64,000 nt of DNA from Eledone cirrhosa (taxonomy: Eukaryota), in NCBI GenBank assembly GCA_964016885.1, contig OZ024740.1, forward strand, positions 281,480,001 through 281,544,000, written 5' to 3'. The stretch's first letter is position 1, and every line of letters starts with the position of its first letter. The notes beneath the pieces were generated by a model that had not been told where the DNA came from, did no database searches, and saw nothing but the letters and a program-made list of their open reading frames with translations. Shown here piece after piece: positions 50,355-62,762 of this stretch. Both the position numbers and the translations under genes were made by a program.

Positions 50355-52403
50355 AATAATGGTTTCTTTATTGGCCACAAGGGCTAACACGGAGAAAAAC
50401 ATTAGAAACGGAACAGAACAGTACAGGACGATACAAAGTGGGTTTTGGTCGTGTAAACAGGTTATAACAAAATTGGGCTAGAAATCAAAAAAGTTCAAAC
50501 ACCAAAAATTCCACAAAAAGGGGGAAACCTCCTAGGGTCACTCGTGGCGAAAACCACACAAAAAGGTCACGGCCACCCTGACCAGCAGTTTTCCTACTCC
50601 TCAGTCAACAGGAGCATACTGAGAGGGGGTCCGTTAACTCGGACCAGAATCGCCACTCTCACCCACCTTTCAACAAACTTACTAGAAGACAGCACTTGCC
50701 TCTCCAGATGAAACTTGAAAAAGTTAATCAGGGATTGGCCGAAAAGGAAAGTGTCCGTTTTCAACCCTTTCAACCTTGTCCACCACACAATCTCTTTCGT
50801 CATGGCCACCAGGCAGATGAAAACTACCTGCCCTTCCTCCTCTTAAAAGGAGGATGGCGGGGCTACTGCACAATGGTCTCAGTCGATAACCAGATCCGTT
50901 CTACACGCGACAGCAACTGTTCGACATAGCTCCACAAGTCAGCAATCCTCGGGCACTGAACGAGTGCGTGCAGGACGGTTTCGTCGCCCTGCGCGCATCT
51001 CGGACAGGCTCGACTGACTGCACCTCCGTGCCTGTAGAGCTTATACCGAACCGGCAACGATCCTCGGTAGCACTGCCAGGCCAGGGATTTCTGGAAGTTG
51101 TTCATACGCCCCGGTCAGAAAGTTCTCTTGAAGAGAGCGAAGAGCTGATCGTCTTCTACGCCCAGGCTCTCCCAGAGAACGTCATCACTCTTTTCCTCCA
51201 CTAGTCCTCTATAGAACGCCGAGAAGAATATTCCACCGATACTAGTGCCCAGCTGGTAGAGGGCGGTGAGCGCTTGGAAATATTCCAGCTTTCAGCGCTA
51301 TCCCTCGGTCTTTTCCTGATCCAGGACTGCAGCTCCATCAGGGAGACGAGCTGGGGAAAAGCGCGTCTGGCAAACGACGACCACACCTGTTCACTGTCAA
51401 GGAAGTACCAGAGATGTCGCAGCCTCAGCGCATGTTTGCGCATCATCAGCCATTGCATGCCTATTCCTCCACGCAACGGGTGTTGACAGCAAATGGATCG
51501 TCTGACCATGGGAGCACGTCCCTTCCACAAAATGCGGAAGAGAAGGCGCTCCATTTGGGTCAGACTTGGTTGGGAGCAAGGTACGACGGTCAGGCGGTAG
51601 CAGATGACGGACGCTATGTACGCATTCGCTACCTCCACCCGATTTTTCAGAGACAGCCTCCTCTCGACCCATTTCTGAGTGAGAGAGGCCACCCTCTACG
51701 TCACCTCGCTCCAGTTTTTCTCCACCTGGAGGTCCAGACCGAACCAGACCCCGAGCAATTTAACCAGTCCTTCCGTCCAGCACCCACGACGCTGTCGGAC
51801 GGCATAGATTTGCCTCTCCAGGTGCCGAGTTGCAAGCCCACCGACTTTTCCAGGTTTATCTTTGCTCCTGTCACCGCTTCGTATTCCTTGAGAGCGGTGC
51901 CGAGCATCTGGACGTGTTTGGTGCTCGACACCACCACGGTGACGTCATAAGCGTAATCTGACACGGATCCCCGCATCCCAGTTCGCGTGGAACACCCCTC
52001 ATTGTCTCCAATTTGTGCAGTAACGGCTGTAGGGCTAGTACGTACAAGAGGGGCGAGAGGCGGCAACCCTGGCCGACCGAGCGCATGATGCTGAAAGGCT
52101 GCGACATATGACCATTCACCCTCACAATCGAGCAGATGTCGCTGTGCATCACAGCGATCCAGCCCCTAAAAACGGGCCCGAAACCGGCCGCCTCGAGGAC
52201 CGCAGCCAGGTACCGATAGTCGATCCTATCAAATGCTTTAGATTGATCCAAGTTGATCAGGGCCCCACCCGTGCCAGGCTCCTTAACCACCCTCTCTATG
52301 ATGGAGGTTGTCGTGGATGGATCTGTTCGGAATGGTGTATGTCTGCGCCTCTCTCACCAGATCACCGACGACAAGCGCCAATCTCATTGCTAACACCTTG
52401 GCC
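50355..52403 (-). mobile_element. 5'-truncated, more diverged Tx1/L1-clade LINE (copy 3)
   Basis: GGALINLDQSKAFDR, SVGQGC.LSP, WVERRLSLKNR, CPRCAQGDETVLHALVQC; 3' ccttgtggccaataaagaaaccattatt. Confidence 0.9.
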
Positions 52404-52918
52404 AATTATCGCCAATTATCCTTCTCACAGACTCATGCTTGCAAGCTCTCTTAATCTGCCTGTACATCCTGTATTTACACTGCTTGTGCTTTGATGTACC
52501 TATGCTTTGCTTTGTGTTTTTTTTGTTTTTGTTTCTGTGCTTTTTCTTGTTTTTGATCATGCTGAGTAACACCTTCACTCATTCCTTGCTACCCTCTCCC
52601 AACCTCCTTATCATCTATTGCACCATGTAAGTGATACATTTTTGATGTGATCTTTGATGTAATTTTTTATGACATTTTTTATGACATTTTATGACATTAT
52701 ATGCGTCATGTAATGTGTCGTTTTTTATATAGCGCTAGCCTCGGGACCCCCTGCTGGTCCTTTAACCTTATTTTGGTGACGCTGCTTGATGGAGCATGCA
52801 ACTATTGATATACTCTTTTTTATAGGCTCTGATGATTCCTGCCTTAGGGTACGGATGAAACACTGTTAGCTAATAAAACAATGTATTCACAAGCACTCCT
52901 TGGTTCTTCCTAAACCTA
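52404..52918 (+). mobile_element. Probable PLE pLTR remnant ending in (TA)n
   Basis: Non-coding segment with an HHR motif and AATAAA shortly before a (TA)n tract, the same layout as other PLE ends in this window. Confidence 0.55.
52822..52874 (+). ncRNA. Type I hammerhead motif
   Basis: ataggct-CTGATGA-ttcctgcc-ttag-ggtacggat-GAAA-cactg-TT-agctaat; stem I ggct/agct, bulged stem II, minimal stem III. Confidence 0.6.
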
Positions 52919-52996
52919 TATATATATATATATATGCATATTTATATATATACATATGTCATCATCATCATCATCCTCATCGTTTAACGTCTATCT

Positions 52997-53533
52997 TCCA
53001 TTAAAATGTAAACATAATGAGATTTTTTATAGAAATGTCATTAAAATGTCGGCATAATGAGATTTTTGATAGAAATGCCATTATAATGTCAACACAATGA
53101 GATATTTGATAGAAGTGCCATTAAAATGTCACAACGATTAGATTTTTGATAGAAGTGCCATTAAAATGTCAACACAATGAGATATTTGATAGAAGTGCCA
53201 TTAAAATGTCACAACGATTAGATTTTTTATAGAAGTGCCATTAAAATGTCAACAAGTGAGATTTAAGATAGAAATGCAATTAAAATGTCGGAACCATGTG
53301 ATGTTTGATAGAAGTGCCACTACAATGTCGGCATAATGAGATTTTTTTATAGAAATGCCTTTAAAATGTCGGCATAATGAGATTTTTGATAGAAATGCCA
53401 TTAAAATGTCGACATGAGATATTTTTAGAGTAATGCCGTTAAAATGTAAACACAATGAGATTTCTTATAGAAATGCCGTTAAAATGTCAACATAATGAGA
53501 TTTTTCTATAGAGATGCCATTAAAATGTCAACA
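52997..53533. repeat. ~40-bp minisatellite, about 13 copies
   Basis: Unit ccattaaaatgtcggcataatgagatttttgatagaaatg, head to tail with no unique spacers. Confidence 0.92.
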
Positions 53534-53577
53534 TACATACATATATACAAATATATATATATATATCTTATATATTA

Positions 53578-53669
<92 letters not shown>

Positions 53670-54192
53670 CTATATGTATATCTTTATATAGGCATGTTAC
53701 TGGTTGAGTGGTATGTTGGCGGGAATTCTACATTTGGAATTCATCCACAATAACGTGTTTTTTCTCATACCCTGGTCTTTCCCTATTTTAGACCTCAGGT
53801 TCCACGAACACGTAGATCTGCTAGATTCACGAACATGGCGGTACACGCAATTACGCGCACTTTAAGACCTATGTGTTGAATTTGGGCGTTTCCTACCGAA
53901 GAAATGTTATAGCCGATTGCGTACTATCCGCTAATAAATCGAAATTTCTGCATACTGCAGTTTTAATAACTAACTGTTGCTAGGCAGAATATTTCATAGA
54001 AACATGAATCCGTCCAGGCGTTAGATACATCACGAATATTTACCAAAACACTGCTACAGTACTCATTATATAAATATTATGTCTGCACTTTCAGCATCAA
54101 TACGTTGTTTCATAACTGTAAGCTTATTGTCTAATTGAGTGAGAGAGTCATGGCCAGTGGTCGCTGAAATAACATCTGAGACTCTCGTACAC

Positions 54193-54228
<36 letters not shown>

Positions 54229-54941
54229 ATGTGTGTGTGTGTGTGTGTGTTTGTGTGTGTTTGTGTGTGTTTGTGTGTGTTTGGGTGTGTGTTTGTGTGT
54301 GTATGTGCGCGTGTCAACTATGCCACAAGCTCTTATAGAAATCCAGTATTGTTGAATGTTTTATTAAACATACAGTATATTATCAAATATACTATACATA
54401 CAATCATATATACATGGGTATTTCAGAGCAGCAATACTAATATCTAATTTTTGCTGGACCAGCAACTGCTCTGTTTAATCAGCTCTTAAACATTATTGAA
54501 ATTCTATAAAAATCCAACTTCTATAGTACTCGACAGAGACGAAGGGGTAAGTAGTCTTGATAACCACTAACGCGCGAGAAACAGACTTCGGATTACTCGC
54601 CTTTGTTTTTGCCGAGAATAAGTAATTGACATAGTCGCTACTTTAAAATTCATAGCGAATGGTTTTCAAAATGTTTTTAGTTAAACATAAAGTATATTAT
54701 CAAATATACTATACATACATTCATGTATATATATATCATTTATATATATATATGTAGATAAATCTACCAAAATATGCTGTAGTGTCCAAATCGTTTGAAT
54801 AACTCAATGTAATCCAAATATCATGAAAAGAGAAGATGTATTCAAACATTTTTTCGATGAAAATCACAGGAAAACGGAGTCAAGATGAATTAATAAAAAC
54901 AATGAATAAAAACAAAGAAACAGTACCTTATATTAAAAAAT

Positions 54942-55079
54942 TCATCATTTTACGATCGTTTCTAGGATATATATGTGTGTGTTGGTATGTATATCATATA
55001 GATCTATGTAAAAATTTTACAAACTATCAGAGGGAATATACATACCTACACATATATATGCTGTCTTCAGAAATAATGA
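54942..55079 (-). ncRNA. Type I hammerhead motif with ~100-nt extended stem II
   Basis: Minus strand tcattattt-CTGAAGA-cagcatatatatgtgt...acacatatatatccta-GAAA-cgatcg-TA-aaatgatga; 9-bp stem I, palindromic stem III, GUA. Confidence 0.78.
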
Positions 55080-56554
55080 TATTTGTTTATTGAAAAAAAC
55101 AACAAAGATTTAATATAATAGGTCTGTTTGGGAACAGGTTTTGAATTGACCAATCGAAAAGTAGTAAATCGTCAAGTTGATAAAATAGTAGTAGTAGAAA
55201 TTTAATTTAGGGGTAGATGAATGCAGACTTCAGTTTTGAATGGAAAGAGTATTTTGAAGGAAAAGTTACTTTGGGGATGAAAAGAGGTCAAGCCGGTGAA
55301 AGGTACACGAAAATTTGATGTTAATGTTAAAATCGAAGGAGAATAAAATTTTAGGATAAATGTGTTAGTGAGATATACCAATCTTATTTAAAACATATGG
55401 AATTTAGATCTATAAAAAGAAATTAAATTAATTTAATTGATAGGTATATTTATAGGGATAAATTTATATTAATTTATATAGGTGTGATAAATAAGAGTTA
55501 GATGTTATTAAAGTATGTTGTTAAAAACGAAGGAAAAAAAATGTTGGGGGTATAAATGTATTAGTGAGAAATAACAAACTTATATAGACTACAAGGAATT
55601 TAGATTCATAACAGGAAATGAAAATAGTTTATATGTATACTTATAGGTATTAATTTTAGGAAAAGATAGCTGTAAAAGGGAAATAAAATTATGAAGTTCT
55701 CAGTAGTAAAATACTAATTATAGGTTAACTAAATAAAAAAATAAAAAAATAATTATAATAATTTGTAAAATATAAGTGTATATTAATTATGTTTATAATA
55801 TTTGAAAGTTCTTCTAATTCTATGATTGCACGAGATAATTAATTGTTGTCGCTTATTTAATAGGATATCCTTAGATTTCGTTATTTCAAAAAGTTCCTGG
55901 GAACATAATTTACACTCATATCTGTTATTTTGATAAGGGGTGGCCCTTTTGAGCACACTCCAGGTCAGGTTATAATCGATTTTCTTTTTTCTATAATTAT
56001 TAATTATTTCAGCCAAGGATGTTGTATTAGCTAATGTGGCACTTTTAAAACTGTGTTTGTGGGTACTAAATCTTACTTTAAATGGTTAGAAGTAGCTCCT
56101 ATATATGAATAAGTTGAGTCCTTAGTGCTAATTTTACATTTATATACTATGTTATTAATAAGGCATTTTCCCTTTAATGGGCAATTTGCTTTGTTTCTAC
56201 AGTTACAACCTTTCGTGAATATTTTATCAGGGGAGTTAGTCAAATTAGGTGTGGAATTTACTCGACTTGTTGTATGTGAAGGAGATGATGGTTTGCTGTG
56301 GTTTATTTTAGTATTATGGTTTTAGTATGATGTGTTGGTGGTATATTCATGTATTTTCTACATTTATATGCATTGTAGGAACTTATATTTTGTTATATAT
56401 TTTTGGTAGTGGAGTAGGAGAATTTGACCGTTGATCTATTCAAAATTTGATGGCATTTATGGTTTGGCGGGAAGTTTTTCTCTAGGATAGTAAAAAAAAA
56501 TTTTAGGGATATTATCTGTAATTCGTAGATTAAAAGGAGCATTATACCAAGTAA

Positions 56555-58476
56555 CCAAGTCATCCCACAATTAAGAAAACATGTTAATTTACCACTCTTG
56601 GAAAACACATCCCAGGTAATTAACTGGTTTACTAATATTAGAAATAAATCATCTGCTTCATATTAGAAATAAATATTAGAAATAAATCATCTGCTTCATT
56701 TCTACAATTCGATATAGATGCTTATTATCCCTCTAAATCACCCATACTTCTGAACAGAGCCTTGATATTTGCCAAAAATAGATCAAACTTAACTATGGAT
56801 GACATTAATATTATCACGCACGCTAGACAAACACTACTCGAATTTCAGAAGGAATACTGGACCAGAAATACATATAGTAATCTATTCGACATTACTATGG
56901 GCTCTAGTGATTCTGCCCAAATTACCGATATTGTGGTCCTCTTTCTTCTATTTAACATAAATGCTTCTTTTCCCCACCTTAAAGGTGGTTTATATCGTGA
57001 TGACTGTCTTCTTCTTTCCACTAACCTTAGCCTATCAGAAATTGAAAAAAATAAAAACTTAGAACTTTCCTCAAAGACTATTATAGTCTCACTATTACAT
57101 TTGAAAACACCAGTAAAGTAGTTAATTTCCTTGATATAACTTTAGACTTATCTACGGATATCTACCAACCTTACCATAAACCTAACCAAAACTTACATTA
57201 CATACACTCTCAATCCAATCACCCTAGATCTATCCATAAAAACCTAGCATATAATATCTCACTCAGAATTTCTAACCTTTCATCTAACCAAGATGTATTC
57301 GATAAAAATGCGACCTTTTATAACGAAGTTTAGCTAGAAGCGGACACAAAAACAAATTAGTATATATACCTTGTACCAATAATGCTACAAACATACAACC
57401 CAATATTACCAACAAACACCAAATGAAAAACATACACCTAAATACCACGCACACTATACCCCAAAATATCAACTTAAAACTTAATTTCTCTACCTCTTCT
57501 CACATACAATATAATAACTTTCAAAAAACCATTCATCCTAATATTCCAATATATGTTAATAACATTACTAACAAAATTCCTAATAATCAGGCTAAAACAC
57601 CTAAATCAGTGAATCTAACTAAACATATGTATAATAAATTCACTAATACTAACTCTCTTAGTAAACATCAGGATACATCGTATAAAAATAAAAAAACAGC
57701 ATCGAAACCGTAATAGACGAGTTACTTGGTATAATGCTCCATTTAATCTACAAATTACAGATAATATCCCTAAAATATTTTTTACTATTCTAGAGAAAAA
57801 CTTTCCGCCAAACCATAAATACCATCAAATTTTAAATAGATCAACGGTCAAATTCTCCTACTCACCTACCAAAAATATACAACAAAATATAAGTGCCTAC
57901 AATGCATATAAATGTTAAAAAAACATGAATATACCACCAACACATCAAACTAACCATAATACTAAAATAAACCGCAACAAACCACCATCTCCTTCACATA
58001 CAACAAGTCGAGTAAATTCCACACCTAATTTGACTAACTCCCCTGATAAAATATTCACGAAAGGTTATAACTGTGGAAACAAAGCAAATTGCCCATTAAG
58101 AGGAAATTGCCTTATTAATAACATAGTATATAAATGTAAAATTAGCGCTAAGGACTCAACATATTCATATATAGGAGCTACTTCTAACCAATTTAAAGTA
58201 AGATTTAGTACCCACAAACACAGTTTTAAAAGTGCCACATTAGCTAATACAACATCCTTGGCTGAAATAATTAATAATTATAGAAAAAAGAATATCGATT
58301 ATAACCTGATCTGGAGTATGCTCAAAAGGGCTACCCCTTATCAAAATAACAGATATGAGTGTAGATTATGTTCCCAGGAACTTTTTGAAATAATGAAATC
58401 TAAGGATATCCTATTAAATAAGCGACAACAATTAATTATATCGTTCAATCATAGTATTAGAAGAACTTTCAAATAA
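56555..58476 (+). pseudogene. Degenerate PLE RT plus GIY-YIG coding region
   Basis: Fragments 56762-57121 and 57925-58476, with multiple frameshifts. Confidence 0.88.
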
Positions 58477-59163
58477 TATAAACCTAATTAATATACGCTT
58501 ATATTTTACAAATTATTATAATTAGTTGTTTTTTTTAAATTTAGTTAACCTATAATTAGTATTTTACTACTGAGAACTTCATAATTTTATTTCCCTTTTA
58601 CAGCTATCTTTTCCTAAAATTAATACCTATAAGTATACATATACACTATTTTAATTTCCTGTTACGAATCTAAATTCCTTGTAGTCTATATAAGTTTGTT
58701 ATTTCTCACTAATACATTTATACCCCCAAAAAAATCTTTTCCTTCGTTTTTAACAACATTCTGTTATAACATCTAACTCTTATTCATCACACCTATATAA
58801 ATTAATATAAATTTATCCCTATAAATATACCTATCAATTAAATTAACTTAATTTCTTTTTATAGATCTAAATTGGTATTTCTCACTAACACATTTATCCT
58901 AAAATGTTATTCTCCTTCGATTTTAACATTAGCATTATTCTTTAATAACATCAAATGTTCGTGTACCTTTCACCGGCTTGACCTCTTTTCATCCCCAAAG
59001 TAATCTTTTCATTCAAAATATTCTTTCCATTCAAACTGAAGTCTGCATTCCTCTACCGCTAAATTAAATTTCTACTACTACTTTTCTATTGGTCAATTCA
59101 AAATCTGTTCCCAAACGGACATATTATATTAAATCTTTGATGGTTTTTTTCAATAAACAAATA

Positions 59164-59287
59164 TCATTATTTCTGAAGACAGGTGGTTTATATCCCCTCT
59201 GATAGTTTGTAAAATGTTTACATAGATCTATATGATATATATACCAACACAAACATATATATCCTAGAAACGATCGTAAAATGATGA
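59164..59287 (+). ncRNA. Type I hammerhead motif (second copy, stem II partly deleted)
   Basis: tcattattt-CTGAAGA-cag...cta-GAAA-cgatcg-TA-aaatgatga. Confidence 0.7.
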
Positions 59288-59349
59288 ATTTGTTAATATA
59301 AGGAACTGTTTCTTTGTTTTTATTCATTGTTTTTATTAATTTCTCTCTC

Positions 59350-59447
<98 letters not shown>

Positions 59448-59488
59448 CGAAACATAAGTCAATTGCATGAATTCATAATCCTTTATTT

Positions 59489-59543
59489 ACTGCTATATAT
59501 ATTTCGATGATAGCCATTGATAGCTATGACCTCCTCAGGCAGT
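59489..59543 (-). ncRNA. Type I hammerhead motif (left arm)
   Basis: Reverse complement of 62429-62484 with small stem II changes. Confidence 0.78.
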
Positions 59544-60870
59544 TAGTCAGTTCTTAGATATGCCAGCTCTGTGTGTTTGATGTTGATGGTTTCAGAGTTT
59601 TGGGACATATGAGCTTGTTAGGGATAATTTAATGTAGTCAACAGGAATAATCTTAATTCTCATGGTCGGTCTGTAGATGCTAGTAGGGTTGGTATTTGAC
59701 CTCAAAGAGGCAAATGGTGTTGTAAATTTCAAACCGTCAGGCAAGATGACAATAGTTCCATATGACTGATTTTCACAAAAAGCATTCCTGGTCAGATATA
59801 TATTCAATTGAGGTTTATAGTATGGAATTCGATACTACAGGTCATTCTTAAATTGAGGAATTTATGTGTTATAGTCAAATACTAGAAAGTTTACATATAA
59901 AAAGACTTATGTTGGTTGACTTACACATACACACACATCCACCCCCGACATCACACACACACACACATCCACACATACAAATTGAGGAATATATGTGGGG
60001 TGGTAATACTGAAAATTATGGTTAGAGTCAAATACTTAGAAAGTTTACAAATAAAAAGACTTATGTTGGTTGACTTGTACATACACTCACATCTACCTCC
60101 ACAGACACACACACACATCTACACACACAAATCCATACAGATGTGTATATGTATGTACGCACAAGTGCATATATATATATATACAACAGAGGCCCCCAAA
60201 TCCAAGTATATGGCAGACATAAAACGAGGTGGGTGTTATTTTTAAAGAAAAGTAAAGTCGGTGTTTGGAAAAGTTATTGTTTAGACTAGACAAAAGTAGA
60301 GTGTGATATATATCTTCACAGCAATAGCTTAGGGGCTTTGGAGCTTAGGCGAATCCCTTAGTACAGACATATTTAGGTAAAAGCACCCACCCACACTTGT
60401 ATACCTCTGGATACGTGTGTATGTCTATTTACACATGTGCACTCATACAAGAGAGCATATACAAATATTCTCTTAAGCATACACTCGAACATTTTTCAAA
60501 TGAAGCCTGGGGTATTATTATTTCGTTGCGTTCACATAAGTGTGTACACTCACGTAATCCCAGTATACACACACAACGCACGGTTGCTGGCACGCATTCA
60601 TGCGTATAGGGTTAGTACTTTAGGATAATTGTTCTTCCTGTGTGAGCCACTCCCGGGGGGGGGGGTCCTCAGGTTCAATAAACGTGGTTTTGCTGACTCC
60701 TAACCAGTAGAGGATCCGGTGGACAATCCACCGTAGGGACCACAAACTATGGGTGGGTGTTGTTTCCCATTGGTCATTGGTGAGGGGTGTATGTGACCTA
60801 CAGATTAGGGGGGCGTTGTGGGAGGCCATAACCGGGGTTTATCCATATAAGTTGAGGAAAGTTCCCGTCC

Positions 60871-61899
60871 TTAGGTGTCTGCAGGCGCCGAATAAGTCGG
60901 CCCTTCTGTTCCGCCATGAAGTATCTCGAGTGTCTCACTAAGACAGAGGTTGCAAATACCAGACCCACCTCTGTCTGGTGGAACCTTTCTAACCACGGAC
61001 CAGACCAGAGAGTGCAGGATCTTTTCAAGTTTGAGCTTCCAGATCAATTCAGAACGGGCCGTACATTTCCTCTTTTCTATTCTGTTAAAGGAATAGCGAT
61101 GGTTATACCACCTATCTTTGAATCTCGTCGCCGTGGATCCTATGTAGTGGTGCTCCGAGTCAGGGCTTGTGACCTTGCACCTGTAGACTACGTTTTTAGT
61201 CATGCATTCATTACTAAGGGGGCATAGTGATGGGTCTCTGCAATTGCATGACTTCTTAAGCCCATGCACATGTACCGCATGGTTACCATCACGCGGGGCT
61301 GGCTGGGTAGCCGCCGCAATCAGCACAGGGTCGTTGGGTGTCGCTGTGCTAGTTGGGCCTGTCCGGGGTCTGGTGCGTCCCGCGTGATGGTTCCGTTGGG
61401 TGGCTCCGGGGTTTACGGTGGTATTAGAGGCAGTGAGTCTATTCCTATTTATGCCGGCTATGTGCTGGGCTACGGAACTTGTGGTTGAGTAGGAAAGTGT
61501 CACCGTGTGCCTGTTGAATATTTTATAGTACTTGTCGGCCCTAGGGAATGTTCTAGCCAGCCTGGTACGTAGACCCACCGAGTACGGGGGTTTATACCAT
61601 GTGTCACTCAGGTGTGCAGAGCGGTCGCTATCATGAGGGTTATATGGGCCCACCGTGGGTCTATAAACCTGCGCGGTGCGGCCTCCCTGCTCAATGAGGG
61701 TTCGGCGGGTGGTGGGGCCGGAGCAGGGGTGCCTATGCTGCGCATCACAGTGGTATTCAGCGTTGTAGGTATTAGACCGGTGGGGTATGCGGGACCTTCT
61801 ACCGGGGGTGGTGACGGATAGGGGTCTGGGAGTATTACTACTGGTCACCGAGGTATTAGGTGGGCGACTCATGCCCCTGAGGGTTTTGGCCCGGGGCAC
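60871..61899 (-). pseudogene. 3' fragment of a GC-rich Hydra-clade-like PLE ORF (GIY-YIG)
   Basis: WYKPPYS, YYKIFNRHTVTLSYS, CNCRDPSLCPLSNECM, VVYRC...YIGSTA, RWYNHRYSF, CNLCLSE. Confidence 0.88.
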
Positions 61900-62428
61900 C
61901 CGTGGGTCATGTATTTGACTCTAAGTATTTGACTCTAAGTATTCTAAGTATTTGACTCTAACCATAATTTTCAGTATTACCAGCGCACATAAATTCCTTA
62001 ATTTGTATGTGTGGATGTGTGTGTGTCTGTGGAGGTGGGTGTGAGTGTATGTGCAAGTCAACCAACATAAGTCTTTTTATATGTAAACTTTCTAGTATTT
62101 GACTATAACACATAAATTCCTCAATTTAAGAATGACCTGTAGTATCGAATTTCATACCATAAACCTCAATTGAATCTGACCAGGAATGCTTTTTGTGAAA
62201 ATCAGTCATATGGAACTATTGTCATCTTGCCTGACGGTTTGAACTTTACAACACCACCTGCCTCTTTGAGGTCAAATACCAACCCTACTAGCATCTACAA
62301 ACTGACCAATGACAACTAAGAATATTCCTGCTGACTATATTAAATTATCCCTAACAAGCTCATATATCCCAAGGCTCTGAAACCATCAACATCAAAAACA
62401 CAGAGCTGGCATATCTAAGAACTGACTA

Positions 62429-62484
62429 ACTGCCTGAGGAGGTCATAGCCATTCAATGGCTATCATCGAAATATATATAGCAGT
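62429..62484 (+). ncRNA. Type I hammerhead ribozyme motif (cleanest in the window)
   Basis: actgc-CTGAGGA-ggtcatagccat-tca-atggctatcatc-GAAA-tatata-TA-gcagt; perfect stem I, long stem II, palindromic stem III, AUA triplet. Confidence 0.85.
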
Positions 62485-62611
62485 AAATAAAGGATTATGA
62501 GTTCATGCAATTTACTTATGTTTCGTCACTATTATAACTCCGGAACTTATATCTTCGTTGAGCGCTCCCTATCCGCATACTGAAATACTGGATTTTACCA
62601 ACACTTTCTTG

Positions 62612-62662
<51 letters not shown>

Positions 62663-62762
62663 TCATTTTACGACCGCTTTTCCCTGCTTGCATATATATA
62701 AATAAAAACAAAATTAGTATTTGGTTTTTCGATCTAACATAAGTGGATACGTAAATGTATTC

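Larger units (their letters stand above)
54889..59341 (+). mobile_element. 5'-truncated Hydra-clade-like PLE with ~1.6-kb inverted pLTR
   Basis: 54889-56554 mirrors 57721-59341; the plus-strand core has FDITMGS, GLYRDD, YNCGNKANCPLRGNCL, IVYKC...YIGATS; ends in (CT)n(TA)n. Confidence 0.9.
59441..62612. mobile_element. Composite element: ~600-bp inverted PLE-end arms (59441-60040 and 61943-62532) enclosing a GC-rich PLE fragment
   Basis: The arms are reverse complements, each with an HHR; the whole unit is flanked by (TA)n. Confidence 0.8.

Noticed and set aside
52997-53533. 40-bp periodic array as CRISPR
   Set aside because: Whole units are homologous; there are no unique spacers.
60625-60680. 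CTGAGGA on the minus strand downstream of the GC-rich PLE fragment as a hammerhead
   Set aside because: No properly placed GAAA or pairing stem I/III could be found.
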